Source: an uncultured delta proteobacterium (GTDB lineage Bacteria > Desulfobacterota > WTBG01 > CAIYCZ01 > CAIRTM01). From it: a DNA stretch of 64,000 bases. The stretch covers positions 20,878 to 84,877 of the forward strand of contig CAIRTM010000075.1 in NCBI GenBank assembly GCA_903881505.1, read 5' to 3'. The position numbers and the translations under genes were made by a program. Shown piece after piece: positions 49,610 to 60,644 of this stretch (its first letter is position 1; each line of letters opens with the position of its first letter). Below the pieces are notes generated by a model. That model did no database searches. It worked only from the letters and a program-made list of their open reading frames with translations, and was not told where the DNA came from.

Positions 49610-51118
49610 ATGGCAAAGACCTTTCAGCCCGGCTATGATGTGGTCGTTATCGGCAAAGGCATTGCGGGTTTAACAGCGGCCGTGAATGCCGCCGCCCGGG
49701 GAGCATCGGTAGCCCTCGTTTACCACAGCACCCTGTGTTCTTCACATCTGGCCTATGAAGGTGTCTTCCGCTTTCCGGAAAACATCGACGAACTGGACCA
49801 CATGGTCCGCGAACACGGCTGCGGTTTGGCCGACCCGAAACTGCTGGCCGCTTTTTTCCACCACTACCGGGACTTCGGTCAGGACGATCTGGAACGGATT
49901 TTCCCGCTGGCCGGTGCAAAGCCGATCGGCAAAAAACACCGGCTGGGAGGTCCCGGCATTCTGGCCGACCTGGAGCACCTGTGCAACTCGACCGGCGTCA
50001 CCTTTATTCGCGGGACAGTGGTCAAAATCGATGCGCCAGACGGGATCCTGTCCGCCGTGCGCATGTATCACGTACGGCGCCTGATCACCATACAAGCCAA
50101 AAGCGTCATTATTGCATCCGGCGGCGGCATCGGGAACATATACGGAACCTCCGATAATTGCGCAGCCTGCTGCCCTCCCGGAACGGCACTGGCCCTGAAC
50201 GCAGGCGCGCGCCTGAGGGACCTGGAATTTATCAGCTTTCATCCGTTTGGCGCAATCGGCTGCCGGACCCATGACGGCACAACACCGGTATTTACCTTTT
50301 TCAGCATAGGGGAAAATACAGAAATCTACAGCAACGAGACAAACCGCAGAATCCCTTTTATCGAAGACCTGATTGCGACAAGAACCGCCGACAAAAACCC
50401 GCATGATAACATTTTCAGGATTGCCCGTACCGTTTGGCAGAACAACGGCATCCATATATTCAAAAACATCCGCGGCAGCCTGCAGCGAATCAACCTGTCG
50501 GTTGTGGCGCACAGCCTGATCGGCGGCATTGAGGTAAACGCCGACTTTAAAACCGCTGTCAATGGCCTGTACGCAGCCGGAGAAGCGGCTGCGGGGCTGA
50601 ACGGCGCCGGCCGGCTGCCGGGCATGGCCCTGCTGGAGGGATATATTTCCGGGAAACAGGCCGGCATCAATGCCGCGGACCATGCCGGCAAAAGCGGTTT
50701 TTACCCGGTTGACCCGGACGGATTTTTCCCGGCCTCGATGCGCTTCGGCATGTTTTCAAATCTAACGGATACAATAAAACAGATCGCAGATGCAGCCCTC
50801 TTTATTGAAAGAACGGCTGCCGGGCTTCAACTCGCGCGGAAAAGGCTTCTGAAGCTCCAGTCGGGAATCCTGAAGAACCATCTCGCCCAGCATATCGAAA
50901 ACGACCTTTTAGAAACGGCCTTGGCCATGGTCGATGCTTCTCTTCTCAGAAAAGAAAGCCGGGGCAACTTTTCCCGTCAGGACTTCCCGGGTATGGATCC
51001 GGGCATGCAGCGAAACATCGTCATCCAGAAAAATCGCCCCGATTCTGAAATTACCGTCTCCTGGAGCAATGAACCTGCGGCCTTTTTGGCCTGCAGCAAC
51101 GGACAGCCGTCTTTTTGA
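49610..51118 (+). CDS. FAD-dependent oxidoreductase of the L-aspartate oxidase / fumarate reductase flavoprotein family.
   Basis: YDVVVIGKGIAGLTAAVNAA dinucleotide fold, HSLIGGIEVNADFKTAVNGLYAAGEAAAGLNGAGRLPGMALLEGYISG, and a C-terminal ...LLRKESRGNFSRQDFP. About 503 aa from ATG 49610 (or GTG 49586). Confidence 0.7.
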   Translation: MAKTFQPGYDVVVIGKGIAGLTAAVNAAARGASVALVYHSTLCSSHLAYEGVFRFPENIDELDHMVREHGCGLADPKLLAAFFHHYRDFGQDDLERIFPLAGAKPIGKKHRLGGPGILADLEHLCNSTGVTFIRGTVVKIDAPDGILSAVRMYHVRRLITIQAKSVIIASGGGIGNIYGTSDNCAACCPPGTALALNAGARLRDLEFISFHPFGAIGCRTHDGTTPVFTFFSIGENTEIYSNETNRRIPFIEDLIATRTADKNPHDNIFRIARTVWQNNGIHIFKNIRGSLQRINLSVVAHSLIGGIEVNADFKTAVNGLYAAGEAAAGLNGAGRLPGMALLEGYISGKQAGINAADHAGKSGFYPVDPDGFFPASMRFGMFSNLTDTIKQIADAALFIERTAAGLQLARKRLLKLQSGILKNHLAQHIENDLLETALAMVDASLLRKESRGNFSRQDFPGMDPGMQRNIVIQKNRPDSEITVSWSNEPAAFLACSNGQPSF

Positions 51119-51155
51119 CCGGCAAACAGACAAAAACAGCGATTCTCCAAAGCGC

Positions 51156-51878
51156 ATGCAAAAACAAACATCTGTTCCCGAACACCCGGTCATCGGCATC
51201 CTCGGCTGGGAAGACAGCAACACGGCAAGCATATACGGCAGCATCGCCGCTCCGGGCACCTTTTCGTTTCCCGTCCTGTTCATGCCCGTCACCGGGGCCT
51301 GTTATGAAACCGTTATTGCACACCCGGACCGGCGGATATTGAATGCGATGCTTGCGGCAGCCAGGCACATGGAAAAATCCGGCGTCAAGGCGATAACCAC
51401 CAGCTGCGGGTTCAACGCCATATTCCAGTCCGACCTTGCCGGAGCGGTTTCTGTGCCGGTAGTTACGTCCACCCTGCTGCTGATCCCGTTTATCGCCGGC
51501 GCCATCGGCGGCGCAAAAAGGATCGGCATTATAACTGCCGACAAAAATCACCTGACCCGCGGCCTTCTGGAAAAATCAGGGGTTTCCGGCCAGACGCCTC
51601 TGTGTGTCTACGGCATAGAAAAAACCGCAGCCTATCCCCATACCTGCCAGAATGCGCGGCCCGAACTGGTGGACCGGGACGAGTTCCGCAGAGAGGTGAC
51701 CGGTATCGCGGAATTGATGGTTACTGAAAATCCCGACCTGGGCGCCATTGTCCTGGAGTGCACCATTTTGCACGTCTTTGCAGACGACATCAAACGTATG
51801 ACCGGGTTGCCGGTATTTGATATCGTCTCCCTCACCAATTACATGTACAACGCCGTTGCGCGCAGTACTTCACCCTGA
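51156..51878 (+). CDS. Asp/Glu/hydantoin-racemase-superfamily protein (Asp racemase / maleate isomerase / arylmalonate decarboxylase-like).
   Basis: 240 aa with two conserved Cys in ITTSCGFNA and VLECTIL contexts, and an N-terminal IGILGW. 37 nt after the flavoprotein stop. Confidence 0.6.
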   Translation: MQKQTSVPEHPVIGILGWEDSNTASIYGSIAAPGTFSFPVLFMPVTGACYETVIAHPDRRILNAMLAAARHMEKSGVKAITTSCGFNAIFQSDLAGAVSVPVVTSTLLLIPFIAGAIGGAKRIGIITADKNHLTRGLLEKSGVSGQTPLCVYGIEKTAAYPHTCQNARPELVDRDEFRREVTGIAELMVTENPDLGAIVLECTILHVFADDIKRMTGLPVFDIVSLTNYMYNAVARSTSP

Positions 51879-51902
51879 TGACCCGGTCATTCGGGATGGG
51901 GT

Positions 51903-52979
51903 GTGGGGCGGAATACTGCCGAAGGCATTGAATTTTTTATAGACAGTTCAACGACGGAAAACAGTTTGGTAGAAATTGTACACAACCCCCGACTGATCCA
52001 GACGGACCTGCCGGTATGCGCATCGGAGGGATACCTGAAGTCCGCCGCAAAAACCTACGGCTGGTTTGTCAGTCCTGAATTCATCCTGCCCTTTTATACC
52101 TTGAACCGGGCTTTCACCAGGCACATGATTTTCACTTCGGGCCCCGTAAAAAACACCCCGGCGACTACCATACAGCAGGAAAAAGCGTTTCTGACAGACG
52201 TGGTCGCCCGGTGCCGCCGCATGGCTGTCGATGTAATCAGCCAGCCGAAAACAACGGCGCTCTTTACCACGTATCCCGACGGCGCCATCTGCATCCCGTG
52301 GGGATGTTATCAGGTTGACCTTCTCAAAAGCGAAGATGAGCTGTTTTCCAGGTTACATGCCAGCCGCCGCCGTGTTATCCGGAAGGCGGAACGGGAGGGT
52401 GTTTGCATCTTCCGCGGCCCCGAACACATTAATGCCTGCCATAGGCTCATTGTACGGACGCTGGAACGACAGGGCCGGCCGGGCATACCGCATGCGCAGT
52501 TAGCGGCCTATCAGGAACATCTGCCGCTGAACGTATCATTTTATCTGGCATGCCATAACCGCGCAGACCATGCCTGCGCCGTCCTGGTACATGACAGCGA
52601 AACCGCCTTCTACATTCACGGCGGAAGTTGCACAACGCCGCATCACGGTGCTGCAAGCCTGCTTCACTGGACCGCCATGCGGGACATGAAATGCCGGGGG
52701 CTGAAGACCTACAATTTTGTCGGCGGCAGGATCCGTCCGGTCAAGGGGTCGAAGCAGGAATTCATTCAGCTGTTCAAATCACGATTCGGAACCACCTTTA
52801 CGAGCGGTTATTTATGGAAGTATCCGTTGAGCCCCTGGAAACACAGCCTGTACCGGACGTACAATCGTTTCAAAGGCCTGGCCAGGGGGAAATATCATTA
52901 CGAAGACATCATCGACAACGAGATCAGAACCGGCAGCATGGAAAAATCAACACTGATTAATAATGCTCTCCGGACATAA
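51903..52979 (+). CDS. FemAB-like / GNAT-fold acyl- or aminoacyl-transferase (pfam Acetyltransf_6-like).
   Basis: 358 aa. C-terminal ...SFYLACHNRADHACAVLVHDSETAFYIHGGS...GAASLLHWTAMRDMKCRGLKTYNFVGG matches the FemX/FemAB-family core. GTG start 24 nt after the preceding stop. Confidence 0.6.
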   Translation: MGRNTAEGIEFFIDSSTTENSLVEIVHNPRLIQTDLPVCASEGYLKSAAKTYGWFVSPEFILPFYTLNRAFTRHMIFTSGPVKNTPATTIQQEKAFLTDVVARCRRMAVDVISQPKTTALFTTYPDGAICIPWGCYQVDLLKSEDELFSRLHASRRRVIRKAEREGVCIFRGPEHINACHRLIVRTLERQGRPGIPHAQLAAYQEHLPLNVSFYLACHNRADHACAVLVHDSETAFYIHGGSCTTPHHGAASLLHWTAMRDMKCRGLKTYNFVGGRIRPVKGSKQEFIQLFKSRFGTTFTSGYLWKYPLSPWKHSLYRTYNRFKGLARGKYHYEDIIDNEIRTGSMEKSTLINNALRT

Positions 52980-53061
52980 TCCGGTCCGCAGGGCATATTC
53001 GGAATTTTCAAAGGTACTGCGGAACAATAACAAAAACCAACCCGTTGCAATCCACCTGTTT

Positions 53062-54006
53062 ATGAAAAAAACGATTTTAATCGTCCTGCACAAACATGAC
53101 TCGCCGCTGCAAAACTCCTGCTATGTAATCAAGTATTTCATCCAGCGATGGGCGGAACAGGGATATACCGTTTTGAGCGCTAACGGCACCGACAAAAAAA
53201 TTGATGCGGATATCGTGATCAATCATGTTGACTTAACCGTTACGCCTTCGAACTACATCCGTTATTTCAGCGCATATAACAAAAAAATTAATACGGATGT
53301 AACGGATATTTCCAAAACAGCTGTCAGCAACTGCATTTTAAAACCGGGTGCAAGCCATGCCGGTCCGGTAATTGTGAAAACGAACAATAATTGCGGCGGG
53401 CTGAGAGAAGAGAACATGCGGATGCGCTCTCGAAGCATGGCTGCCTGCGCACGAAAGATTACATCGGTTTTGTCAAACCGTATCAAGAAGGCCGAAATAC
53501 ACAATAGCGCATTGCAATCATCAGGGGTAACGCCATCAAACTGCAGACACATTGACACTGTTAAAAACTGGAACCATGTCACAACGCTGGATAACAGAAA
53601 CTATCCGATCTTTGACAGTGTCCACCAGGTACCCGCCGGCGTTTGGAATAATGAAGCTCTGGTTGTCGAACGATTTATGCCGGAACGTGACGCCGCGGGC
53701 AACTATGTATGCAGATACCTCTATTTTCTGGGAGATAAATCCTTTTGTGTTGTCACAACATCGGAAAATCCTGTCGCCAAAAGCCAGATCATCGGCAGGC
53801 AGATTCTACCGGGCCCCGGGCCGGTAGAGTTGCAACAATTTCGCAGGACATTCCGCATGGATTACGGAAGACTGGATTACACCTTAGTAGACGGCCGGGT
53901 TTGGCTGTTTGATGCCAACAGGACCCCAACGTTTTCTCCGGAAACCTATGCGACATACAGGGAGCAGATTGATGCGTTGTCGGAAGGGATACACTCATTT
54001 TTTTAG
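53062..54006 (+). CDS. ATP-grasp-fold ligase (RimK/Ddl-like), putative.
   Basis: 314 aa. C-terminal ...ALVVERFMPE...YLYFLGDK...LDYTLVDGRVWLFDANRTPTFS resembles the ATP-grasp C-domain (E/D...N metal ligands). Low GC (about 45%). Confidence 0.5.
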   Translation: MKKTILIVLHKHDSPLQNSCYVIKYFIQRWAEQGYTVLSANGTDKKIDADIVINHVDLTVTPSNYIRYFSAYNKKINTDVTDISKTAVSNCILKPGASHAGPVIVKTNNNCGGLREENMRMRSRSMAACARKITSVLSNRIKKAEIHNSALQSSGVTPSNCRHIDTVKNWNHVTTLDNRNYPIFDSVHQVPAGVWNNEALVVERFMPERDAAGNYVCRYLYFLGDKSFCVVTTSENPVAKSQIIGRQILPGPGPVELQQFRRTFRMDYGRLDYTLVDGRVWLFDANRTPTFSPETYATYREQIDALSEGIHSFF

Positions 54007-54035
54007 AGCATGTAACTAAATAGCGTAGTTTGATC

Positions 54036-54101
54036 GTCATTGCGGGCGCAGCGAGAAATCTTTATAAAAACGACAGGATATCTCCCCGCGGCAGAGATGA
54101 C
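54036..54101. repeat. Palindromic interspersed repeat copy B. GTCATTGCGGGCGCAGCGAGAAATCT...ATATCTCCCCGCGGCAGAGATGAC.
   Basis: Same termini and GAGAAATCT core as copy A at 3695-3763. Intergenic between the ATP-grasp and membrane-protein genes. Confidence 0.6.
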
Positions 54102-54180
54102 ACTGCTTATATGGTTATGGTAAAAAAAAATGCTCTAAATCATCTTCAACTTCTTATACAGGTAAAAGCTGTTTTTCCCT

Positions 54181-55086
54181 ATGGCCAAACATAAACGCCT
54201 TATCGCTTTATTCCTTATATTCATTGCCCTATTGTTTCTCTTTCGGTGGGAAGTTAAATTTGCCTTTACAGCTCTCTGCAAAGGACAGCTGCAGGAAGCA
54301 GTTACGAACTCCTCATCGCAGGAGCAAACCGCCACCCTGCCATACAAGGCACTCTACCAAGGCACGCAGGCCATCACCATCGACCGTGACAGTGCTGTTA
54401 TGAATTTCACAAGGCCTTCAGCCCTTGACCGCTTGAGTTTGCAGGAAATCGCCGACTTCCGAATGAAAAAGGTAGCCCAATACAGCTTTCTTAACATTTT
54501 TCCTCCCGGCTACAATCCGCTTGCGGGCGCAAGCGCCAGAATCTACAAAAAGATTGAGCCGGGGGCGCTTTGGGTCGGACAAACTCCTTTCTACATAGCC
54601 AATCCCTACCTGCTCATAATTTTGTCGAACGCATACCGGGTTCTGCCCATAGATCTTCCCTGCCATGACCTGTCCGTCACCTACGACAGCGCAATCATCG
54701 AAGAACGGCTGCAGGGTGCTACGGCAAAATGTTTTTTTGATCTGGTCTACGGAGAAAGTGCGGAACACCCCGGAACGCTGCGCGTCAATATGGTGAATGC
54801 GTACGACAGCGGATTTCACTATGTAAGCATTGATAAGGAACAGTCCTTAAACATACAGGCATATAAGTCTTCCGGCAACATTGTTGGCGGTCTTTTCAGC
54901 CAGCCATCTTTTTATCACAGGGGGCGGCATGGCTCTAACAATATAAGCCCCGAGGATAAAAACGGCTGGATTACTCTGCAAGAAGAAGGTGCGGCCACCA
55001 GAATATTTTTTAAACTCTGGAGAAACAAGCCTGCTTCTCCAGAAAACACCGCTGATATGCTGTATATTATTTATATTATTCCTTAG
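54181..55086 (+). CDS. Membrane-anchored hypothetical protein (N-terminal TM helix, about 270-aa extracytoplasmic domain).
   Basis: MAKHKRLIALFLIFIALLFLF signal anchor. Low GC. No recognisable motif. Confidence 0.5.
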   Translation: MAKHKRLIALFLIFIALLFLFRWEVKFAFTALCKGQLQEAVTNSSSQEQTATLPYKALYQGTQAITIDRDSAVMNFTRPSALDRLSLQEIADFRMKKVAQYSFLNIFPPGYNPLAGASARIYKKIEPGALWVGQTPFYIANPYLLIILSNAYRVLPIDLPCHDLSVTYDSAIIEERLQGATAKCFFDLVYGESAEHPGTLRVNMVNAYDSGFHYVSIDKEQSLNIQAYKSSGNIVGGLFSQPSFYHRGRHGSNNISPEDKNGWITLQEEGAATRIFFKLWRNKPASPENTADMLYIIYIIP

Positions 55087-55485
55087 GCAATGAAGCTGTG
55101 ACAACACGTGCTCTGCGGATACAACAACCATCGGACAGCAAACAACAGCCTTTCATCGTACCATCAGCAGTTTAAGAATCCATAACAGTTCAGTCCTCGT
55201 GGATAATCGGGATCAAAGGTGTCATATGTGGTGATTTGCTCATCGGCATAATACTCCGATGGCGGCGAGTTGATCTTTGGCGGCGGCCGCTTCTGCGACT
55301 CCCCCAGCCCCAGATGCTGCACTACAGAGAGGCAAAATTGTTATGTGTCAGCCAAAAGGCGACAGAACTGCATTTAGAATAATACAACTGTTGCAAAATT
55401 TGCTGCTGACGGGAAAACCTAACGGGTGAATTAGTATAACCTCGGCATAATCATTTCCGGGCGGTTTCCGTGTTAAACATAAAAA

Positions 55486-55528
55486 TACAACAGCCCCTGT
55501 GCATGATTCGCACAGGGGCTGTTTTTAT
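55486..55528. terminator. Bidirectional rho-independent terminator (CAGCCCCTGTGC-atgattc-GCACAGGGGCTG with T tracts on both sides) just 3' of groEL.
   Basis: 12-bp stem flanked by TTTTTAT on + and TGTATTTTTAT on -. Confidence 0.75.
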
Positions 55529-55551
55529 ATCAAGGCAGCGCGGCTGCTGTA

Positions 55552-57222
<1,671 letters not shown>

Positions 57223-57244
57223 TCATAAAAATAGATAAAATTGA

Positions 57245-57535
57245 TTACTTTTCGATAACACCCAGGATATCATCTTCACGCATGATCAGGTGCTCGTCGC
57301 CTTCAATTTTGACCTCGGTTCCAGCGTATTTGCTGAACAGCACTCTGTCACCGGCTTTTACATCAGGAGCGGTGCGCTCGCCCTTGTCGTTGAGCTTGCC
57401 TTTGCCTACAGCGATGACTTTGCCTTCCATCGGCTTTTCCTTTGCGGAATCAGGAATTATAATACCGCCCTTTGTTTTTTCTTCGCTTTCCAGCCGTTTA
57501 ACAATGATACGGTCCTGCAACGGTCTGATTTTCAT
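57245..57535 (-). CDS. groS: Co-chaperonin GroES (Hsp10).
   Basis: [35 protein letters not shown]..., 96 aa, RBS GGAGGAAA. Confidence 0.98.
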   Translation of the reverse strand: MKIRPLQDRIIVKRLESEEKTKGGIIIPDSAKEKPMEGKVIAVGKGKLNDKGERTAPDVKAGDRVLFSKYAGTEVKIEGDEHLIMREDDILGVIEK

Positions 57536-57784
57536 GGGTGTTTCCTCCTGTCAACGAATCGGTAAACGGTTGTTATTAACAAAACAGAACAAACTCTGTT
57601 GGATAAATCAGTTTATTTCCGACAGCCTGTGTCTGTTGTCCTGCTCCGGCGCATTGTTCGTGTCTGCCGGAATGATCACAAAAAATAAGACCAAAACATT
57701 GAAAGTCAACCTGCCGGTCAAAAAAATGTGACTTTTGGCCTTCCGGCCCGGCAAGGTACATACCGTTGATTTCAGGGTGTGATG

Positions 57785-58399
57785 TTAATCTTCCCCGGGC
57801 GCAGCCGGAACGCGTGAAACAAGCACCCGCGCAGGCCGGAGCAGTTTATCCCCCAGCATATAGCCTTTTTGAAACTGTTCAAGAACGGTATTGTCTGCAT
57901 GATCCGGATGCTCCTGCTGGGCCATGGCCTCATGAAATGCCGGATTAAAAGGCTCGCCAACTGCATGCAGCGGTTTTATGTCGAACTTTTCCAGCGCGCC
58001 CAGCAGCTGCTTGAGGATCATCTCCAGACCCGTAACAACCGGCTCGACTTCGGCTGCCTGACGAGACTGTTCAAGCGCCCGTTCAAAGCTGTCCACCACC
58101 GGCAGTATTTCAAGGGCGATACGTTCGGTACCATATTTCATGAGCCCTTCTTTTTCGCGGATCACACGCTTGCGGTAATTGTCAAACTCGGCCATGGTGC
58201 GCAACAGGCGGTCGGACAGATCGTTTTTTTCCTGCTCAAGCGCCTGCAGGCGCTCGTCCTCTTCGGCTGCTTCCCCGGGGGCAGTATCAACACAGCCATC
58301 CGGCACGGCATTGCCATCTGGCGGCGAAACTGCACTGCCGACATCAAACGTACTTTCAGGGCTTTCATGATTAACGGTTTTTTTCTTTTTATGACTCAC
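57785..58399 (-). CDS. grpE: Nucleotide exchange factor GrpE.
   Basis: Coiled-coil plus C-terminal beta domain (...FDNYRKRVIREKE...KFDIKPLHAVGEPFNPAFHEAM...). GTG start. Confidence 0.9.
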   Translation of the reverse strand: MSHKKKKTVNHESPESTFDVGSAVSPPDGNAVPDGCVDTAPGEAAEEDERLQALEQEKNDLSDRLLRTMAEFDNYRKRVIREKEGLMKYGTERIALEILPVVDSFERALEQSRQAAEVEPVVTGLEMILKQLLGALEKFDIKPLHAVGEPFNPAFHEAMAQQEHPDHADNTVLEQFQKGYMLGDKLLRPARVLVSRVPAAPGED

Positions 58400-58619
58400 C
58401 GGATCGCTCCATGCTGAGGGGTGTTCGTGCGTGCGACGGCAGGCTGCTGTCCGTACAGGTTCTTATGTGCGCTGGTACGGGGTAAATATAAGACCGGCAG
58501 GCAAAATGTCAAGCGCCCAGGGCGCGGAAAAATTAAAGAATACTTCGGCGTAATCGATAATTTAATTATGTGCACGGGCATTTGTTTGTGCTATGTGTAG
58601 CATATTGTGCTGGCGGCCT

Positions 58620-58648
58620 CTTCCGCATGCGCTCAGCGCATGCGGAAG
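58620..58648. promoter_or_regulatory. Perfect 13-bp-arm palindrome CTTCCGCATGCGC-tca-GCGCATGCGGAAG, 32 nt upstream of the MCP start and about 220 nt upstream of grpE. Operator or terminator-like.
   Basis: Seen directly, followed on + by GGCTACTTTTTATTTATG. Confidence 0.5.
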
Positions 58649-58679
58649 GGCTACTTTTTATTTATGTGCGGGGGTGCAT

Positions 58680-60644
58680 ATGAAAAACGGTCTGCGTGAA
58701 AAGTTCCTGGTTCCGACAATCTGCCTTATTCTTATAGGACTGTCCATTACCAGTTTTGTCTCATACCGCAGGGCGCGCAGCATGCTGGTTGACACAGTCA
58801 ATGGTCAGCTGCGTCAAAACACCGAATCAATTCTGGATTTTATCGCTTCCTGGGCGGAAAACCGCAGGCAGGATGTTGCCCTGTGGGCATCGCAAAACAA
58901 CATCGTGCAGGCGATCGGCATGGCGGGCGAGGACGCCGATGGCCAGAGCGGCAGTTTCGTGTTCGTGCGGGAGGTGAATGAGGATTTGCGTAAATACGCA
59001 CAGGCAAATCCTGCGTATGCTGAAATCGGTGTCGCCGGCCGTACCGGGGTTGTATTGACCACGAGTCTTATCGATGTCGTGATGGATGAGGGCCGACGCG
59101 GCGGGGGCGATTTCATCCTCGGGAAAAATATCCGGGAGGCGGATTTCTTTCAAAATGCACTCAAGGGATCGGCCTTTGTAAGCAGTGTGCGTCTTAACCC
59201 TGAAACCGGCAAGCCGGTTTTTGTTATTGCGTCACCGGTCGTGCAGGCTGTGGAAGGCGCAGCCGGCAGTGTCATCGGTGTTCTTTACGGCATGGTCGAC
59301 GTGCAGTACTTTTCCAGGCAGTTCGTTGAACAGAGAAAAATAGGCCAGAACGGGCGTGTCTTCATCATCGACAGGGAAGGCATGGTGATAGCGCACTCCG
59401 ACCAGAGCCGGATATTGACCGAGAATATAGCAAAGACCTCAATCGGCGCAACAATCCTTTCACAGAAAGACGGACTTGCGCAGTCTTCTGAAGGCGGGCA
59501 GGACTGGCTCGTTGGCTTTAAAACCGATACAGCCCTTGGCTGGACGGTTGTGGCGGTTGCCAGCATGGATGAGCTGATGGCGCCGGTGCGCAGCCTTGCA
59601 GGGTTTAATGGTATAACGACTATCATCATTCTGATAATTGCTGTCGGGGTTATTATTTATGTTGCCGCGCGTGTGAGCAGCCCCATTAATACAATTACGG
59701 CATCCCTGTATATGGTCGCCAGGCAGGTTTCGGGCGCGTCGTCCCAGATATCATCGGCCAGCCAGCAGCTGGCGCAGGGCGCGGCATCTCAGGCATCCTC
59801 GATTGAGGAAACATCGGCCTCGCTGGAAGAGCTGGCCTCCATGGCCAACCATAATGCCGACAACGCCCAGCAGGCAAGCAGTCTTTCGCAGGAGGCAACC
59901 GAGGCCGCTGACAGCGGCGCCGCGGCCATGCAGAAACTGCTGCAGTCCATGGACGGTATCAGCGCCAGCAGCAGCGAGGTTGCAAAAGTCGCCAGGGGCA
60001 TTGAAGAAATCGCTTTTCAGACAAATCTGCTTGCCCTGAACGCCGCTGTTGAGGCCGCGCGCGCCGGCGAGGCCGGCAGGGGCTTTGCCGTTGTGGCTGA
60101 TGAGGTGCGCAACCTTGCCCAGCGCGCATCCGAACAGGCCAGAGTAACCAGCACACTGATAACCGAAAGCGGCAACCGCACACGCGAGGGCGGCACGCAG
60201 GCTGCTGAAGCCAATGCCGTGCTCAAGGTTATTCAGGAGCGGGTGGCCAAGGTTGTCGGACTGGTAAGTGAGATTTCAGCGGCCAGCAAGGAACAGGCCC
60301 AGGGCGTTGAGCAGATCAACAAAGCCGTTTCAACCATGGAACAGATCGTGCAGCAGAATTCGGCGAACGCCGAGCAGTCGGCATCCGCCAGCGAGGAGCT
60401 CTCCGCCCAGGCGTTCCAGATGAAGGAGCTGGTCAGCACGCTCAACGAGCGCGTTGCCGGGTCTTCGGCTGCCAGGGAAGAGCAGGACGCCGGACACGGC
60501 AAAAGTCTCCCGGGAGCCCATGGCAGCACAGCCTCAGGGTCGTCCTCAGCCCTGCCGGCGCCCGGGAAAAAACATGACCGGGCCGCGCTCAAGGCGCAGG
60601 AGCTGATTCCTTTTGACGATGACGACGATTTGCATGATTTTTAA
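58680..60644 (+). CDS. Methyl-accepting chemotaxis protein with periplasmic Cache-type sensor domain.
   Basis: N-terminal TM, an about 280-aa periplasmic domain, a second TM, HAMP, and the MCP signalling domain (...[42 protein letters not shown]...). Acidic C-terminus [10 protein letters not shown]. Confidence 0.9.
   Translation: MKNGLREKFLVPTICLILIGLSITSFVSYRRARSMLVDTVNGQLRQNTESILDFIASWAENRRQDVALWASQNNIVQAIGMAGEDADGQSGSFVFVREVNEDLRKYAQANPAYAEIGVAGRTGVVLTTSLIDVVMDEGRRGGGDFILGKNIREADFFQNALKGSAFVSSVRLNPETGKPVFVIASPVVQAVEGAAGSVIGVLYGMVDVQYFSRQFVEQRKIGQNGRVFIIDREGMVIAHSDQSRILTENIAKTSIGATILSQKDGLAQSSEGGQDWLVGFKTDTALGWTVVAVASMDELMAPVRSLAGFNGITTIIILIIAVGVIIYVAARVSSPINTITASLYMVARQVSGASSQISSASQQLAQGAASQASSIEETSASLEELASMANHNADNAQQASSLSQEATEAADSGAAAMQKLLQSMDGISASSSEVAKVARGIEEIAFQTNLLALNAAVEAARAGEAGRGFAVVADEVRNLAQRASEQARVTSTLITESGNRTREGGTQAAEANAVLKVIQERVAKVVGLVSEISAASKEQAQGVEQINKAVSTMEQIVQQNSANAEQSASASEELSAQAFQMKELVSTLNERVAGSSAAREEQDAGHGKSLPGAHGSTASGSSSALPAPGKKHDRAALKAQELIPFDDDDDLHDF

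Noticed and set aside
55178-55322. Small Pro-rich minus-strand ORF (about 47 aa, GTG start) in the gap between the island and groEL.
   Set aside because: No ATG start or RBS and no recognisable features. It is below the size where a call is defensible without conservation data.
57536-57784. Looked for a CIRCE (TTAGCACTC-N9-GAGTGCTAA) HrcA operator upstream of groES and grpE.
   Set aside because: No match to CIRCE on either strand. Only a weak sigma32-like CTTGAAA-type element is visible, so regulation is probably sigma32-type, but I cannot call a site confidently.
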